A stretch of 64,000 nucleotides of DNA from Laetmonice hystrix (taxonomy: Eukaryota): contig OZ249448.1 of assembly GCA_965235115.1 (NCBI GenBank), positions 22,010,001 to 22,074,000 on the forward strand, in the 5' to 3' direction. This document shows, in pieces, positions 50,506-62,800 of this stretch. Position 1 is the stretch's first letter. Each line of letters starts with the position of its first letter. Made by a program: the position numbers and the translations under genes. Below the pieces are notes generated by a model. That model made no database searches. It was given only the letters and a program-made list of their open reading frames with translations, and was not told where the DNA came from.

Positions 50506-50675
50506 GTGGGCAGTCGGGAGGTGGGACCTGGCTAGTACGGGATAAACTACGTGTACCCTCACCGTCCAAGGTGGGCAGTCGGGAGGTGGGACCTGGCTAG
50601 TACGGGATAAACTACGTGTACCCTCACCGTCCAAGGTGGGCAGTCGGGAGGTGGGGCCTGGCTAGTACGGGATAA
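50480..50675 (+). repeat. 65-bp tandem triplication spanning the 3' end and donor of the Ig2 exon
   Basis: actacgtgta occurs at 50481, 50546 and 50611. Each copy contains CCAAG|GTGGGC. Confidence 0.95.
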
Positions 50676-50990
50676 TACTTGTTTTGCAGAGACAGGGCCT
50701 CACGTGTCATCTAGTCCAGGGTCTAGTTCCACTGGAGTAGAGGTCTCCGTAACAGTTGGATAACTCCTAAAATGACCCAAACTCTCCTCTGTAGATATTC
50801 CTACATTCCCACCTGTAGTTTCTCTACCTAGCTTTAAGTCGCCTACCATAAGTTACCTTCTATTAGTTCTAATGCACCTGTAGCTATTATGTAGTACCAC
50901 CGTAAGATCCTATGTTTCCCGTCATGTGACCCACAGCGTTCTCTCAGTTTTCACCCGCCTGATGGAACATGTTTCTGTTCCCACTCACAG

Positions 50991-51290
50991 AGGAGGTGAC
51001 AGAAGGTGTGGAGGCTCCAGACATCGTCACAGTCCTTGAAAACATTGAGGCGGTAGATGGCGACACTGTCACCTTTAAGTGTCAGATATCCGGCGTGCCC
51101 AAACCGATGCTCACCTGGTACAAGGATGATAAACTGCTACCAAACTGTAGCGACTTCGAGCAGACGTACGACGGGAAGACAGCCATGTTGGTGATAGACG
51201 AAGTGTTTGAGGACGACACGGGAGAATACAAAGTCTTGGCTAAAAACTCGGCCGGTGACGCTTCCATCGCTGCCCTCCTCAATGTCCGAG
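50991..51290 (+). CDS. Exon: I-set Ig domain 3 (F-strand Cys replaced: YKV)
   Basis: Motifs VTFKCQISGVPKPMLTWYKD and DTGEYKV.AKN. Splice sites ccactcacag and GAG|GTATGT, 300 nt, phase 1-1. Confidence 0.95.
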
Positions 51291-51731
51291 GTATGTATAT
51301 AACACTTCGCCAACTTATAAAAGTCAACACTGAATGGAACATAGCCTGCTGTAACCTAAACTATAATAAAAATTAACTTTCTATGTTTTAAGGATGTTGT
51401 TCCAAAATGGTACAAAAGCATGAACTTCCCTGTTACTTGTATTGAGGTGACTTCTTGCTTGAGGTGCAAGGTGGTTTCTGAAAGCATCGGCTTGCATTGC
51501 CTGCTGGCTTAGGCTGCCGCCTAGTGTGAGCTATAAGTCATACCCTGGTACTGGGTCCCAACATGGACAAGATTAGTAAACGATTACGGATACATCTTGG
51601 CAGTGATGGTAAAGACATGGGGCTGGGTTGGCCAAAGGTGGCATAGGTTTCAGGGATTATAAAAAGAAACTCTCCATCCTCAGATATCAGATAATGTCTG
51701 TAAAGAGAGACCGGGACATGCATGCTTGCAG

Positions 51732-52046
51732 GGACACCACAGACCCCTGAGGTATTGCCACCTGCGAAACCCAACTTTACCTCCATCCTTCCGTCCCAAC
51801 TGACTGTGATAGATGGCGACTCCGCACACCTCGAGTGCCGACTGACTCCCAGCCCCCGCCAGACGGTAATCTGGTACAAAGACTCTAAGATTATACGGCC
51901 AGGGATCGGCTACAAACAAACGTTTGACGGGACGCTGGCAAAGTTTGACATCAGGGAAGTATTCCCGGATGACGCTGGAAGATACGAGTGTGCAGCCAAA
52001 AACGATTTTGGAGAGGATAGATGTAGTTGTCAGGTTAACGTTAAAG
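51732..52046 (+). CDS. Exon: I-set Ig domain 4
   Basis: Motifs AHLECRLTPSP...VIWYKD and DAGRYECAAKN. Donor AAG|GTAGGA. The acceptor cttgcag has a weak pyrimidine tract. 315 nt, phase 1-1. Confidence 0.9.
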
Positions 52047-52463
52047 GTAGGACAAAGGCTCTTGATATTATTTACAGCAGCCAATCAGTGTCTTGATTAC
52101 CCGATATGTGACAACAGCTTGAAATGCTACTGGATTGGCTGAAAATACTTGCTGAATATCTAAGTTAGTTGTTGCGTCGCATGCTAGGAATTGAAATAGG
52201 GGCTATCCCATGCTAGACCTATTCTAGTGAAAATGTTGGGTTTTCTGGCAGACATGCGTAAACGGTTTCCTTGAAGAACATTGGTTGAACTTGTGCATGT
52301 TATTGGCAGGTGATTAGCGGCATGGGTGAGTACGGAGAATGTGGTGCTAATAATAGGCCTTCAGGTGTATGAAGAAATATTTAAATGTACGTATACGAAA
52401 GGTAGACTGAATTTGGGAAAACTAGAGCATGAAAATCATGATATGTTTCTATTCTAACAACAG

Positions 52464-52690
52464 AAGAAAGAAGAGAACGGAACTTCGATGAGACATACAA
52501 GAATCTGAACTCAGCGAAATCGAAGCCGCTAGGTGGCAGCACGAGTCTGAGTCGCGTCCATTCGATGAACGTGAGGCTGCAGGATGAGAAAAATCGCCTC
52601 CGACCTCCAGGGGGCGCCAAGGGTTTGAGTCGGGTTCAGTCACTGAAGGCGAAACTGGACAACAACATGGATCAGTGGACCAAACATGAG
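52464..52690 (+). CDS. Exon following the Ig array (EERRERNFDETYKN...SLKAKLDNNMDQWTKHE)
   Basis: Acceptor ttctaacaacag, donor GAG|GTGAGT, 227 nt, phase 1-0, no stops. Confidence 0.85.
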
Positions 52691-52984
52691 GTGAGTCGGG
52701 ATAGCTGTCTGATCATCATCGCCATCATACCCGCAATCTTTGTCTCATTTCCTCGTTCAGGGTATAGAAAATGTTCAGGGATCAAAGATAGATTCTCTAC
52801 TAGTCGGTGCCTTTTAGATAATGGTTTCCCCGCAAATATAATGAGAGTTAGCAGTCAGAAGGGTCATATTTTGAACTTTTGAACTACGGTAATTCAGATC
52901 AGTGTGCTTCCTTAGTTTTCCGATCTCTCGGTGTGGGAACTTGGCAGTGAGAGTTCGGCAGCGGGGAGGTTTGAGACATTTCCA

Positions 52985-53275
52985 CTCTGTGGTGTCGGAA
53001 AGAGACGTGTCGTTGTGGTGTTGTACGCTAGGTGGCAGTGTGTGTGTGGGTGGCGTACCAGGGGTTGTGGAGGGGTACTTGCCCGGCCCCCAGACCGTCC
53101 CAAGACACCACAGTGAAGGGTTTGCTGCATGTCTGCCCTCTGGTGTCAGAAAGAGAAATGGCGTGTAGTTGTGGCGTTGTACGCTAGGTGGCAGTGTGTG
53201 TGTGGGTGGCGTACCAGGGGTTGTGGAGGGGTACTGCCCGGCCCCCAGACCGTCCTGAGACACCGCTGTGAAGGG
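52985..53275. repeat. ~155-bp imperfect tandem duplication (2 copies)
   Basis: ttgtacgctaggtggcag occurs at 53021 and 53177. Confidence 0.85.
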
Positions 53276-53304
53276 AGTACGTTGCCGTGCCGTCTGAGGC
53301 CAAG
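53249..53304 (+). CDS. Candidate 56-nt exon (TVLRHRCEGSTLPCRLRP+R)
   Basis: C-rich acceptor gcccccag and strong donor AAG|GTAAGC. Phase 0-2 would link 52690 to the long frame of the 56993 exon. Confidence 0.3.
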
Positions 53305-55960
53305 GTAAGCACTCCGCCCGCCGAGTGTTCTCTCTCAGCCTTGTTCAACACCCTCACCTCCCAAACAATTTGGCGGGAACCATAGCCAGGTCGTCTGCAA
53401 TCTGGTTACGTCATTTTTGACGGCCTTAAACGTATGGCGATTATCATAAATACCTTGAAAAGGGGACGTATCTTCTGTGTGTAGGAACGTTTTCTGCATA
53501 GATTTGCAGTCTGTGTAATTAATGTGGAAACTTCATGTGTCAGGCAACTCCCGGAAAAACAGCGTTCCCAGAATAAACCCAGCGGTCATTTGGCTGCAAC
53601 CGATACACATAGATTCTACATATTTCTTAGAACGTACCAGAGCCAACGTTTTAGACGTTCAAGAATTGTGAATTGGCGTGTTAAGGTCTCAACATAATAG
53701 AAAACCGACGTCACTTCAGCCTGGTTGGTATTTTGCAGTTTCTTCCAGTTCCTTACTGACTTTACTTGTAAGTTTCATTCTGACCTTTTATCTGCTACAT
53801 TCTGACATTTTTTGGTTCTTTTATTTGAAGTTGAGAAGTCTGATTTAGAATCAGAACACCTGAAATAACGTTGCCAATTTTCATAATTAGTTCACGTCAG
53901 AGTGAGTTACTACAACCCGACTTGGACCGACCGTGTAGAATTAACCCTATCTGTGCTGTCGGTCCATGCTGGAAAAATGTGGAGAAAAAGAAAGTGCTTG
54001 CACCCCCCCCCCCCCCGCCAATACGGAGATTTACGTTCATGTTCTCCTTGCGTCCTTACGGCTCAAGCCATCGTCCAAGGAGACTGGCTCTGTTAGCCAT
54101 GCGCCCCTGGCGAGGGTTCTCCGAATCTGTGGGCTGGGGTGTGAGTTATTACAACTACATCAGGGAGAACATTTGTGGAGGCAGGGGGAAACCGTAGCAC
54201 ACTCCAGTAGATCCCGTCATCAGCAGTGATACTGGTAGTGATTCTAGGTAAAGCCTTTTTTTTTGGTTTCTGGCCAGCCTTGTATTGGTAGAGAGGTAAT
54301 TTCTCTGACATGTTTTAGTCCAAGCAGATGGAAGAAGTTGACACAACAAGAGTAGAGAAAGTCATCAGTTTATGTGGCTGCAGGTGATGGGAATCGGAAA
54401 CTAAACGCACATGGGACGGACGCAGGGTGGTGGTGTAGGGGTACCCATGGGTTGCCATGGAGATATGTTTGGGTCACATGGAGGCAGTAAGGTAAGATGT
54501 AAGTTGGTGGGTTTTGTATGGGTGTGTGTATATGTTTGGGTGTATGTTGGGGGTGTGGGAAGAATATGTAGTGGATTGATCCACTGAGGCATGCCGACAT
54601 CGGTAGATGGGGGGCAGGGGTGGCAGTGAAAACAGTGGCTGGCTTTCTTTTTTGAAAAGGCTGGCGTGCGATGTTGAGACGGACTTACCTGGACGGAAGG
54701 AGCAGTGGGGCCGGGTCAGGCTGGCGGAGGGTTGCTATGGTCTGAGGGGGACGCGGGTCGAGGGAGGAGGCTGAGTCAGCAGAACCTTAGTGTTACCTGA
54801 GGAGGGAGGGGGAGGGAGGCAAGGGGACTAGGCCGGGAGGAGTCGGACCGGCCTCCGGGAGGGAGGGGCGGGGCGGGCGGGGGTGGGGGAGGATACCAGG
54901 TGCCCGGAGTTGTTGGGGGTCATTACAACCAGAGATACCGAGCGGATAGGAGGTGTAGGTGGGGTAGGACGCCGGTAGGGGTACGGAGGAAGGGTTGAGA
55001 TTCGCTGGTTCGCAAGGCGAATGGGGCACGGGGGTAGGGTCGGTGTATGAGGTCGGCATGCCATGGTCAGTGACTAGGACAGATTTTTCCGCCACTGAAA
55101 ATAAGTGGCGATGGTTATGTACTCCTCGGTGCTACTTCACCTGAGCTACACTACTCTACCTGGGACCTCTGCCTTCTCGCCAAACCCTGGTCTATATCTC
55201 CCGATCAGGCGGGAACTGTACCCCCTTCAGCCAAGTGGGAGGGGGCCGGCGCAGTCACCCCCACCAATATTCTTCACCCCCTGAGAAATTCCAGAAGCAA
55301 AATGATATTTTCATAGCTGTGGAAACAGCCCATTAGTGGGCGGGTTTGGCTACAGACCGAACTCCCCCAACTGTCAACGTACGGTAATGTACCATAGTAC
55401 CCCGTACCAGTGGCTGTCAGTCTCATACTGTACCTGTAGCCCCTCACCTTCACTCTACATCCGTACCTGTGTGTTTCACCCCCACTGTCCCCTTACAACA
55501 GTACCGACTAGCCCGTCTGGGTTCCCCGTTCACAGACTAAGCACACCAAGGGTTCAGAGAACTAGGCAGCCTCACAGAACCAGGCATCTGTTAGAAACTT
55601 TATCCGCTTGGAGTCGTGCTAAAATTAGTCAGTGCGAGTGTAGGTGGCCTATAGAGCGTTGCCTGTATATAGGGCTCGGCGGCCCATCAGACAACACGGA
55701 ACCCAGCAGACTGGTGGGCGGGTCCATCTGTGACTCCCATGGGGGTGCTAGGTGGGGGTAGGGGGTTGATCCCAGTGATAGGGGTCAAGGGACTGGGTCA
55801 CTTTGTGATTTGGTATTTCTGTGTGGAGTGGTTCACTTTATGTTGTCATTCGCGGCTGACCATAAAATATCGTATTATGATGGGGCACAGTGTCTGATAG
55901 GGGAGAAACTGCCATTGGCAATGAAAGGAGGCGGGACAGGTGGATAACACTATCAGATAG

Positions 55961-56445
55961 ATAACACTGCCCCAATCCACCTGGTGTCCCAGGAATAACT
56001 TCCAGCTAACATTCTCCCAATCCACCTGCATGGTGTCCCAGGAATAACTTACTGTCAGCTAACATTCTCCCTATAAACCTTATGTCTGAGGAATAAATTA
56101 CTGCTAGCTAACTTACTGTCAGCTAACATTCTCCCTATAAACCTAATGTCTGAGGAGTAAATTACTGTCAGATAACTTACTGTCAGCTAACATTCTCCCA
56201 ATATACCTAATGTCCAAGGAATAACGGTCAGCCAGCATTCTCCCAATACACCTGGTGTCACAGGCATAACTGTCAGCTAACATTCTCCTAATTCATCTGA
56301 TGTCCCAGGAATAGCTTTCAGCTAGTATTCTCCTAATCAACCTAGCGTCCCAGGAAAAACTGTCAGCTAACATTCTCCCAATCAACCTGATGTCCCAGGA
56401 ATAACTTTCAGCTAGTATTCTCCCACTAAACCAAGTTTCCCAGAA
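55961..56445. repeat. Degenerate ~45-bp tandem repeat (ctgtcagctaacattctcccaat..cctgatgtcccaggaataa)
   Basis: About 10 diverged copies by direct reading. Confidence 0.85.
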
Positions 56446-56992
56446 AGGGGTGTCAGTTACCATTAGATTTGTAGCATAGCTGTCAGTGAATATGTTACCA
56501 TTATTAGTGTCCCCATAGAATCTGTCAGTGGATACTGTCCCAATACGACCTTCCCTCCTTGCATGATGTAAAAAGGCGAGGTGCTGGCGGCGATAACAAC
56601 GTGATATATCCGTCCTTTATCAAAAGAAACGCTCGGGGTTAAAAGCTCCTAATCACCAGAACACCTAATTCATTGATCGTTGCCATGGAAACATGATACG
56701 AAGTTGTGAAGGTGGTAGGTCGCGGAGGGGGTCGCTCCTGGAGTTCCCCTCAAGCGTCTTCATAACCTACTCTGTTTCACATGGCGTTCCGACTTGGTGT
56801 CAAATCGATCGAGGTAGTTACTGCCCCTGCGCCCTTTGTACTCCCACCCCCGTAGTACACACGCGTGCATGCTTTCACCCGAGCACGCACCCACACGTGA
56901 ACACGGTACTTAGGTACACATGGATACCAAATTGATGTTTGACAGTCATTGAGGATTGATTGGTTAGATTAAAAAAAGTTACACTTTTATAG

Positions 56993-57398
56993 GTGTTCTG
57001 GTGGAAAGAGAGATACGAGAAAAGCTGCTCTTGCTCTGCGGGCCGAGGAAGACTTGAAAACGAATACCAAGAATGCCAGCACTGTGTGGAGGAATTTACT
57101 AGAACAAACACCTGACGATCCAGGGTTCGGCGTACCCCAAACCCCAAACCCTCCGTCGGTCGGTCGGTCCTGCTTCACAGCTCACCAGACCCTCACTGAT
57201 CTATTACTGAGGGACACCGTCCCTCCCGGCCCCTCGCCCTGCCAGCCGGGCGGCGGGCCTAGCCTACCACCGGCAGATATGTGTGTGTATGACCGACCAT
57301 CACCCAGGCCAGCCTCCCTCCAGTACCCCTCCCCCCACCCTACCCCATCCTCCCAGTCTCATCCCAGCCTCCGGGACCCAGTAGATCCTCGATCTTAG
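56993..57398 (+). CDS. Candidate terminal exon. Phase 0 gives a 40-aa tail (stop ends 57115); phase 2 gives a Pro-rich tail (stop ends 57398)
   Basis: Acceptor acacttttatag. Phase 0 reads VFWWKERYEKSCSC...TRTNT*. Phase 2 reads CSGGKRDTRKAALALRAEEDLKTNTKNASTVWRNLLEQ...DPRS*. No AATAAA was found nearby. Confidence 0.4.
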
Positions 57399-58427
57399 TC
57401 TAACCACAAACCACAGGTTGGGAGCAAACGGATTGCTCCCCATGAGTTGGGATATACCCTCGGGAGTTCTCTGATCAAACGTTCACCCCATCCGTCCGTG
57501 CACCCGTGCGTGCTCGATACCGGCAAAGGTTGGTCATGTCTTATGTCACACTTCACGTAACCATAGCAAACACCACGAAATTCTTCCTAGAAATGTGGCC
57601 CGAGTCCGGCCGCCGGGGTGAGCACTGTGCCAGGGTGGGTGGAGTGGCCGGGGGAAGGCGGGATCAGCCCTGGGACCTGGGGATGAGCTCTACAGACATA
57701 CACACACACATACACGGGCAATCCAGTCAAATATTCAAACAGGCAAACACATGCATGCACTAAAATATATGTAAAATAGTTCAGAAAGTAGAGGGCGGCT
57801 ACCCGGAAGAGGGTACGTTTCCTATCTAAAAACAAAATCAGTTAATCACTTTACTTTAGGTGTTCACTGTCAGTGTCACACCTTAAAATAATGACATGAC
57901 TTGGCTATAGTTACTGCCCAGTGCCCACCCAGAAGAACATTTATGGTAGGGACCAGAACCCCGGGGTAAATGTTCCTTAAGGGGTAAGAGTCAGGTTCAG
58001 GGAAAGGGGTAAGTGTTGTTCCCCCGTGTTAACCACAAAATCGGAGTGGGTTGTTAGGGTTAGGGGTTGATTTATTTCTTCTCACCAAAACTCTTCTCGA
58101 TGTTAGCATGAGGGATGAACTCACATGAGTGGTGATTGACTCTGACAGCTGTAGACAGGTGTAGACAGCAGGGGATCAGGGAACGGCCCGCCCGGACACC
58201 ATGGGATTGTGTGGGGTGTACATCATACAGGGGTATCATATCGACACCCGGGGTGGGGGTGCGGGACCTAGTTATTGAGGTGGGGTGATATCATGGGTAT
58301 GGTAGAGGTTGTACTTAGGGTTAGGTATTGGTGGTACTGGGCGGAAAGAGGTCTGTATCCCAACCCCATCAACACGTGTCCTTCAAAATGGAACCGAGAG
58401 GAACCTGGTATGATACAATTGGGTTAG

Positions 58428-58468
58428 ACCATAGAGTCTATATTGAAGTTCAATATAGACTCTATGGT
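58428..58468. mobile_element. 41-bp perfect palindrome, probably a minimal MITE or excision relic
   Basis: accatagagtctatattgaa-g-ttcaatatagactctatggt. The core catag...ctatg (58430-58466) is flanked by a 7-bp direct repeat gttagac. Confidence 0.6.
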
Positions 58469-59605
58469 TAGACGTTTATACCTTACAGCCGGGTGTAGAT
58501 CTATAGATAAACACAACTAGCAGGACATATTATATGACATATAGATACCCCCACCATACTGTAGGGTGTGACCCTAAGATGTCCAGGTACCCCCATAACC
58601 AGGGTGTAACCTGTCGTCTAGATGGGGTATCTAGGTGGATGTAATATGATGTGGATCAAGATTCTCCAGCAAGACTCCACAAGGTCCTAGAAACGGTCAC
58701 CCTGGTGTTATAATGTACGGTCTACCACCCACGTCGATACCCCAGCAGGGGGACGCCAGGGGGGTACGAGGATAGAAGTTTTCGGTGTTCAGGTTTTCTA
58801 TCATGATATCGTTGAGATTCCTCAGATTCGTACAGATGACTGGACGCTGATGGGGTCACAGTTTTCCGACCTCGCAGGTTCCAGTTCGTTCACCTCTGTC
58901 ATCATGACAACTGTTATCAGATTAGTTTCAATGAGAAGTGAGATATCGGACATCATATTTCGGTTGGCACCTTGCCACTGTCCATAAGGTCAAATTGAGG
59001 TTTCTCAGGTTCACCAACGTCACCCTGGCTTATTCTGAGGCAGTTTAATTTATCATAGATCACACTATAACATGGGCATTAATTTGGTATACAGTTTCCA
59101 ACATGGGGTATTGGGTACTTTTTTACAGACCGACAATTTTTTCTGCTGATTAATCAAAATATATCCTGTATGATTTCCTCACACCACTCATCTCGCTCTC
59201 ACAAGAATGGCCTTTGGCCTAGTTACGGTTGACCTCTGACCTAAATATGGCTGTTTCTGACTTGGTTCAGCGTCAAAGGGTTATCTCTAATGTCAATATA
59301 AACAGACAATTCTCACCTCATCTTGTGATGTGTGACATTTAGATGCGAGGGAGAGTGTCTACATGGATGACCGACTGAATTAAACCTCAAGTCTCTTGTC
59401 CATCATTCATCTTTAGGTCAGATGGTTTCCAGAAATGTTCTTAAGGACAGAATTGACGGAGAGATTTTTATTAATTCCATTTTCAGAAAAAGCCAGGTGT
59501 TCAATGTTTGGTATACATGTATTCAATGTTTAGGAACAGAAATAGCTTACAAACTAGGGGTCTTGGCCTAACCACTGATAGTCGTAACGAAACCAGTGTT
59601 GGCTC

Positions 59606-59890
59606 TGTTAGAACATCGGCCAATTAGACTGACTCTGACCACTAGCTTGGAGTTCAGTGTGCCGTGTTAAGTTTATTAGAACACGGAACTTTTGGTTGAC
59701 TCTGGTACTTGGAGTTCAGTGACCAGTGTTAGAACACGGACGATTTTGACTGACTTGGAGTTCAGTGTGCTGTGTTAGAACACGTAACTTTTGGTTGACT
59801 CAGACAATTGGAGTTCAGTGAACTGTGTTAGAACACGGACCATTTTGACTGACTCTGACACTTGGAGTTCAGCGTGCTGTGTTAGAACAC
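59606..59890. repeat. Degenerate ~56-bp tandem repeat (ttggagttcagtg..gtgttagaacacgga..ttttg..tgactc), followed by a MITE-like insert at 59891
   Basis: About 5 copies. A further diverged copy (gttagaaacggaccatttggac) resumes near 60048, after the insert. Confidence 0.75.
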
Positions 59891-62800
59891 CAGGGGCGGA
59901 GCCAGGATTTTCAAGACCGGGGGGGGGGGGGGGGGGGTGCTCTGGAAAAAGGACACTTTCTCAAACCGCCCCACCGGTGAGTAGCCTAAACAGTCAAATA
60001 AAAGTGGCATAGACCTATAGGTCTATGCACATATCAACAGGGCCGTAGTTAGAAACGGACCATTTGGACTTAAACTCTACACTGCATGATCATTTCTAGT
60101 TCTCTCTGTATGATAACCTAACCCGACCTTGACCTGTTAAGCAAGGTGAAGGCTAGCCAATCCTTCCCATACCCCATCGTCATCGCCTGCCAGTACTAAT
60201 TTCAGCTCTAGGACCTCGCACAAACCGACTTTTTTTTCTCTTGTTCCTGACATATTGTGAGTATTGTCACTCGAAGCATCTGGCAGCTTTGTGATGTTAT
60301 GTAAACACACCAACTCTACGACCCCACCATCCCCCTCTCGCCTCAGCTCTCTCACGTATAGCAACATATATACACCCAAGGTATATAAACATGTAGGGGA
60401 AGAGATTGCCTGTTTGCCATGGCAACCATATGCAAGAGGCCTGACGATAAGTGAGGGGCAGTATGTTGGGTAACCATGGCAACCATTCCGCCTGTAGAGA
60501 AGCAGTGATGATGTTGTAGGGTCGGGCGTGTGCTGACCAACTCCTGCGGCGGAATTCGTTCTAACTGCAGGCCAAACTAAACCGTGCACACAGGTTCACG
60601 TATTTATCTTTAACTGCTTACCAATATAAAGAGTTAGAAAAAATTATTATCTGTGCAGAAATAATGACGACTGGCGCATATCCTCATACATCTTTAAGGC
60701 AGTGATTATTATCAAAAGAGTAATAATAGTGTTATTATCGGTGAGAATTTGCATACAAATAATGTAAACGTTGTGATTCACATACTGTCAGCCAGACAGG
60801 TAATTGGTCCCATATTTGAAACCAACCCAGTCTTAGGGGAACATTAATCAAATCTTGTAACAGTAAAGATTCTAACGTTTCAATAGTTATGCTATGCCTG
60901 ATCTAATGTGTAATTACCTGTTAATTGGTGGTTGAATAGAAGTCCAAAGTTTCCGCAGTAGATGGTATTTATAAGGTCAAGTTGTATGACTAGATTCTAT
61001 AGCGGACGTGCCAGTGGTACACACAGTAAGAGTTTTAGTAAGGGCTAGATTGCAGTGGATTCTAACACTTTCCAGGCTGTACGCCATAGATTAGTAACCT
61101 AAATGTTTTCTTCTGACATAAGGACCCCTTTCTCAGGGCTCTACCGATAGAACGGAGTTAGTTCCTGCTGACCTCGCCAGGGGATACCCATGTCACAGTC
61201 TGGCCGGACCAGTGTTATCAGTCTGTAATTCTGGCTAACACTTGAAACAGTGCCTCATGTGCTTCACGTCTGCCAGGTTTAGTAGGGCCTTTATAGTACA
61301 CAGAGGGAAGGGTATGGGCCTAAAAAACGGTATCCCAACAAAAAGGTTAGATCTAGTTGTTGTGAGACGATCAGGGCCCCCGGCTGTGGTAAAGGCATAA
61401 ATTCGGATCTGAGGAGTTTTCCGATCAGAGTTCTACATGGATCGCTAGGTTCGACGTCCGTGACGTCATGTGTGGCCAAGGTCAGCAGACGGCATTTGTC
61501 GGTCAGCGGCGTTTTCATGGGGCGCCTCTACTGATAGGTTGTTCATTGACAACATTTGTAAGATGGGGGGGGGGGGGGGGGGGTGTTCATTGACAACATT
61601 TATAAGATGGGGGGGTTGTTCATTGACAACATTTTGTAAGATGGCCTTCAGTCCTCATTTCTCAGGTTATAGGCCTACTCTACCTGTGTTTGTAAATATC
61701 TAGCATCGACGGACGGTATAAAAAATATTAGTCAGTTTCCACAAATCGGTACTAGGCGCTTTCCTCCGCGTGTCCCTGGAATCAAGGTTGTCCCATTACA
61801 AGTCTGTTACTGGTAAACATAGCGGGCGAGATTACGTTTGTCCATAATAGCAGCTTCAATAGGAAGGTCAATAGGAAGGTAAGCTGGCAGCCTCGGTCTG
61901 AGATGGGGGATCGTCATGATAGTGAGAGCCCCCTGGTGAGAGGTCTGGTAAGATGAGAAAGGTCAAAGTTCGACCGAAGGTGGAACGTGGTTAACAACCG
62001 ATTTGCTAATGTTAAGTGTGGGATATTTAATCTTTACTTGCTTCGCCAACTGGAACATAACCTGGCACACTCGCACAGCCGGGTCTTTTTGTATATAATT
62101 GATTAACTTCCTTTAGAAACAGTGAGTTCTAAAGTTGATAAAAACAGTGAATGCGACCGGCCGTTTGGAGTAGGCAAACTATGAAAAAAAATCCTGTGTT
62201 CTGCATTAACATGTAGTTCATATTGTTTAAGGGTGGGGTATTGACAATTAACACTGAGCGTAGTTAATGTTTTTGATACATTGAATTGAAGCTAAATTTT
62301 CCGGAAAACTTCTAAAGTGAATTTGATTAGAGCATACTCTAGTGTTGCGGATCTATCCAAGAGATGCTAGCTTTGAAGTCACCCTCAACAAAAACAAAAA
62401 CAAAAAACTTTTTGACGCTCTTTTTAAGTAAGATGAAGTCTCTCACCAGTTCGCCCCACAATTTTTCACAAGTTGCCGTTCTATCGAGCTCAGTCGTCGA
62501 ACTTTGAATGTGACTTATGTTTCTAGGAAGGTGATGCTTACATGCCAGAGTGCAAGAGTGGACTTGTCAGATTCACTGCAACCTCTTCATGTTGTAGTTC
62601 AGTACTTTACCCCTAGGGGTCTCTGTCTTCTGTGGGGAGCTTGTCTTAGTTAGGTCAGATATATATATGTATAAATATATACACAGCCGGTGTGCATGAT
62701 CTTATGGCAGCAAGCCCCCTAGTTTGTAAGCTATTTTGAGAGTAAACATTACGAGCTGTAAGATAGGGAGTTGGTGGCAGTGTTATGTAGATAAACAGTC

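Noticed and set aside
56879-57516. 11-bp inverted repeat (cgagcacgcac / gtgcgtgctcg) flanking the candidate terminal exon
   Set aside because: Too short to distinguish from chance over 600 bp without conservation data.
59918-59938. Poly-G runs (also ~6499, 10210, 39750, 61564) as functional elements
   Set aside because: They are homopolymers with uncertain assembled length, often part of MITE-like ends, and have no independent support.
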